Assembly (NCBI GenBank): GCA_013265495.1 | Contig: MU063832.1 | Coordinates: forward strand, 1,142,192 to 1,206,191 | DNA length: 64,000 bases | Direction: 5' to 3' | From: Vicugna vicugna | Lineage: Eukaryota | Shown: positions 60,394 to 64,000 of the stretch, piece by piece | How the letters are laid out: each line of letters opens with the position of its first letter | Numbering within the stretch: the stretch's first letter is position 1 | Notes under the pieces: model-generated | Databases searched by the model: none | What the model was told of the DNA's origin: nothing | What the model saw: only the letters and a program-made list of their open reading frames with translations | Translations under genes and position numbers: made by a program

Positions 60394-60558
60394 CAGTGAT
60401 TCCAAACTCTGGCTGTGTGCTGGGACCGTTTGAGGAGGTTTCAGAACAGACCGGTGCTGGGCTCCTGGCCAGGCCAGTCAGATCCAAATTCCAGGCACTG
60501 GTATTTTTTAAGGGCTCACAGGGAAGTTCTAATGTGCAGGCAGGTGGTGGACAGCAGC
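60394..60558 (+). mobile_element. MER5-type hAT-Charlie element
   Basis: CAGTGATTCCAAACTCTGGCTG...GGTATTTTTTAAGGGCTCACAGGGAAGTTCTAATGTGCAG. Confidence 0.7.
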
Positions 60559-60635
60559 CTGGAGCAAGACTGGCAGAGTTCTTCCCCGTCAGCAGAGCCC
60601 CCCTCTTCCTCTGATCAGTCTCGAAATGTCAAACC

Positions 60636-60785
60636 GAGTGGTGTTTCAGACACTACCTGAGGACAAGACATTATCACCTGGAGAGCTTGTTAAAAATACA
60701 CACATCTGGACCCTAACCCAGACCTACTGAATCTGAACTTTTAGGGGGAGAGAAACTTGGTCATGTTTCTCTAGGAGGTTCTTAC
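60636..60785 (+). mobile_element. MER5A-type hAT-Charlie element
   Basis: ATCACCTGGAGAGCTTGTTAAAAATACACACATCTGGACCCTAACCCAGACCTACTGAATCTGAA. Confidence 0.8.
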
Positions 60786-61424
60786 CACAGGTCTTTCTCA
60801 GCCGCACCCTGGGAATAGCGGGGGGCCTGGAGAAACAAGGGTACCTGGCTCCCCACCCGCCTCTGTGACTCTGATGTGATGGAGCTAGGGTGCTGCCTGG
60901 GCTTCGGGAGTTGTGAGGTCCCTCCGGGTTCACGTGCAGTCGTGGTTGACACCCATCAGCAGCGATGGTCCTCAGTGTGGGGTCGTGGGGTCCTGGGGTC
61001 CTGCTGCATCAGCGGCCCTCCCTCTAGTGACTCCTGCACTCACTCCCAGAGGTTGCCCGGTGGTCTGGCCTGAGCTGGGGCTGGACCCCCAGGGGCCCAG
61101 GACCGCACTTGGGAAGCACGGCTCCTGGGCTCACCCTCATTCCCTTGTACAAGTACATCACTCAAGTACAACCAGCGCCCTGCTGTACTTGTGGGCAGCC
61201 TGTGGCTGCCACTCCTAGGCTCTCAGTGGCTAAACACTTGGCCGCCTCCCAGCCGTAATTAGTGGGCTGTGTTTTCTTTAAAGTTGATGAGCACTGTGGT
61301 TGGGACTCTTTTTCAAAATTCCCGGCCAGAGTTTGACTGGAAGGCTGGTCACAGAGGCAGAGAAGTACACGTTTGTTCTGCGCGGGTCCTCCCTTGGTGT
61401 AACCTCTGTGCCTCTGTTTTGCAG

Positions 61425-64000
61425 GTTTTATCATCAGCCCATGCTAGCGTGGTCCTCCCAGCCCCTGGCCGGTCGCAGCCACACCTACTGGCGGAGGAGA
61501 GATCAGGAGGGCAGCGGCTTGCTGGGCCCACGGGACCGGGAAGACGCCAAGGTCCGAGGCATGGCCCAGGCCCACAGCCTTCCGGAGCGCATGAGGGAGG
61601 GGCCCCGGGAAGTCGGAGGAAGGACAGAGGATGTGATGAGGAAGGTGGTCTGGGAAGAAGAGCTGGGAATGGCGGGTCCTGCCAAGTGGCAGAACGTAGG
61701 CCCCGGAAGCTGGAACCAGCCGCGGAAATTAGGGAGGCAGATGTCTGATGGTGTCGGGGAGAAGCTGTTTCAAGACCTGCACCCTTTCGTGCGTGGGGAG
61801 CACATGTTGAGCAAAGGGAAATCCCAGTCTTTGCCTCGAGTTCTTTCCCCTGAGAGCCTGAGCTGCATCGACATTCCCATCCCGTTAAGCGACGGGCCTT
61901 TACCGGCTGTTCCTAAAGGGCCATTTCATTCTCCAAATTGTGTGCCTGACTTGGAAGCCGCCAGGAACCCCGAGAAGGGTGGCTCCTCAGCCCCCTCACC
62001 CCGGCCTAAGTTTGGGAGACCCATCAAGCCTCCATCCTATGACTCCCACCAATACTCCAGGGCCGGAGCGGAGATCAGCGACCTCACAGCCAGCCAGCCG
62101 CCCGACCCACGCGCGTCCCACCCAGCCAAGACTGAAGACGCGAGGCAGGAGCTGGGGGTACCTGACCCCGGCCTGGAGCCCCCTGGGTATGTGCCTCCGC
62201 CCTCGTACCGGTCCCCGCCCCAGCCTGGCACATACCCCTGCTCGGAGGATGCAGCGCCCCGGCATGACGGTGGTGGCTGCCAGGCACAGCCACATTCTGG
62301 GGAGAAAGCTGGTGCCGGCGGTCGGCTCCTTCCGGGCTCCCTCGGTGCTGGGCCTGAGTGCAGCCCAGGCCCCCACTCACCTCGCGGGGTCCCTCCGCAA
62401 CCCCACCCCACCACTGCTTATGGCTCCGTCCTTTACATTCCCTTTGATGACCCTCGGATACGACACATTAAACTAGCCCGACCCCAGGGTTTCTGGGAAG
62501 AAGTGAAGCTTGATGGTCAGCCCTGCCTATCTGGTCCCGCCCCTGCCCCAGAGCCAGCGTGGGGGAGCCTGCGGTGTGAGGGTGCCGCTTGGAACCCATC
62601 AGGGAATGAGAGGGACCCCGCCCCTGCCACTCCCAGCCCCCCATGGCTGTGGGGCCAGCCCCTCAGGGATGGAGAAAATGGTGGCTTTCCTGACCAAAGA
62701 GACCACTGTGTTATCACACAGAGACAGCGGTCCGACGTGGGGGACGGCCCACTAGGACTCCCTGAAAGCCACGTTTCTTCCCTAAACCCTGCAGGCGAGA
62801 GTACCTGTGAAACTCAAACCCAGCTCAGAAAGTTTGAAACTGGGATGCAGATCAAGAAAAGTTCAAAGAAAAAAATGAACGAGACGATATTTTGTTTGGT
62901 TTCTGTCCCAGTCAAATCAGAATCATATCTGCCAGATACAGATACGAACAACAATGACTTAAAACCGAGCGTGGATAAAAAGAACGGGCCCGATAAGAGC
63001 ACGGCTTTGCAAGAACAGAGTCTGCTCAGCTTGTCCTCCACTGACCTGGAGCTACAGGCACTCATGGGAGGCCTGGCTGGGAGAACAGAGCCCCAGAAAC
63101 AAGACCTGGGGCGGCCCGGAGGAGACAGGCACACAGACGACCTCAGGTTCACTCACCCTGCAAAACACAGAGAGCTCACGTGTCGTGGCTCGTGGCCTGG
63201 GCACCAGTACAGAGACCAGCAAACACAGACCAGCTTCCCTGAAGAATCCCAAAGCCCGCGGCCCCTCCCCGGGGAGAAGCCGGGCGGGTCGCCTGACCCA
63301 GTGCTAACTCTAAAATGTCTGGACCCTGTACCTTTCGAAGTGCAGATGCAGGTGGCATTGGCTTCCAGCGACCTGACCCACAGGCCTGGGGCTCATCCCC
63401 TGAAAGGTCAGGGGTCCCTCAGCCCATCCAACAACAGTGCTTTCTCCAGGGCTTCCTCGTGTGTCAGCCAGGCACCCGTGCCTAGAGCCGGCCAGGCACA
63501 GCCCGGCGTGGACAGCCGTGGGCGTGGCACCAGCCCCGTGTCCAGGGGTGAGGTGGTCAAGGGGGAGACCACGGGCCCCTGCAACAGTCAGCAGCTCTTC
63601 GGGCAGTTCCTCCTGAAACCTGTCAGCCGCCGTCCCTGGGACCTGATTAGCCAGCTGGAGAGTTTTAACAAGGAGCTTCAGGAGGAGGAACCAAGCAGCC
63701 GCAGCAGCAGCAGCAGCGAAGATGGTGAGACGGGGCAGCCCTGGGAAGGCCGTGCCGGCCCTGCAGCCCAGCACGCGGGCTGCTGCAAGGACGGAGTTGA
63801 GGAAGCGCCGAGGAGGCTGGTGGCCGAGGACTCCGAGCCCTGGTGGGGAAGAGTCACGAGTAAGTCCGAGAGCTGGAGCAAAGAGCAGAAGCCTCGCTGC
63901 CGCAGCCCATTGCAGGCGGAGGGCAGCAGAGGAGCCGCGTGGCTGTCACCACCAGGAAGCTCCATCGCAGGGGAGGGGGACCAGGAGGTGGAGGATGGAG
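61425..64000 (+). CDS. JCAD: JCAD large coding exon 3, partial (runs off window end), about aa 94-952
   Basis: Acceptor CCTCTGTTTTGCAG|G at 61424/61425 completes the phase-2 Gly codon. Hand translation is open to 64000: FYHQPMLAWSSQP...MAQAHSLP...PAKWQNV...PRKLGRQMSDG...KSQSLPRVLSPESLSC...RPKFGRPIKPPSY...LEPPGYVPPPSYRSPP...YIPFDDPRIRHIKLA...KKKMNETIFCLVSVPVKSES...SSTDLELQAL...GSWPGHQYRDQQTQTSF...QLFGQFLLKPVSRRPWDLISQLESFNKELQEEE, all JCAD hallmark blocks. Confidence 0.97.

Noticed and set aside
61269-63965. ORF-track entries overlapping exon 3 (e.g. 61940-62476 +, 63310-63774 -)
   Set aside because: Shadow ORFs in alternative frames or the antisense strand of the GC-rich JCAD exon.

Overview
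This is mammalian genomic DNA, not prokaryotic. Three copies of a tRNA-derived SINE (GGGGAGGGTATAGCTCAGTGGTAGAG...GGGTTCAATCCCCAGTACCTCCA, Vic-1 type) and the L1 3' ends point to a camelid (camel, alpaca or llama). The window holds the 5' part of JCAD (KIAA1462, junctional cadherin-5-associated protein) on the + strand. A CpG-island/GC-box promoter and non-coding exon 1 (donor after 36117) have their start hidden in an N-gap. Exon 2 (49139-49489) carries the start codon at 49209 (MYSVEDLLVSHGY...). The large exon 3 begins at 61425 and I translated it by hand with no stop to the window end (about aa 94-952); the ORF track omits it. The first ~35 kb is upstream, repeat-rich DNA (L1, L2, MIR, MER3, MER5, Tigger1 derivatives, an ERVL-type LTR, SINEs, microsatellites). 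There are four N-gaps. I found no CRISPR array, real tRNA/rRNA gene or novel multi-gene system. Best leads: (i) a spliced, out-of-frame 72-codon upstream ORF with a 7-proline run that overlaps the JCAD start; (ii) tandem PPxY and two TQT (LC8-type) motifs in JCAD; (iii) three local tandem duplications of different apparent age; (iv) a promoter decamer repeat and a CGG repeat flanking a gap; (v) candidate endothelial enhancer motif clusters. Repeat family names and human comparisons come from memory of consensus sequences, not from a search, and old-repeat boundaries are approximate.
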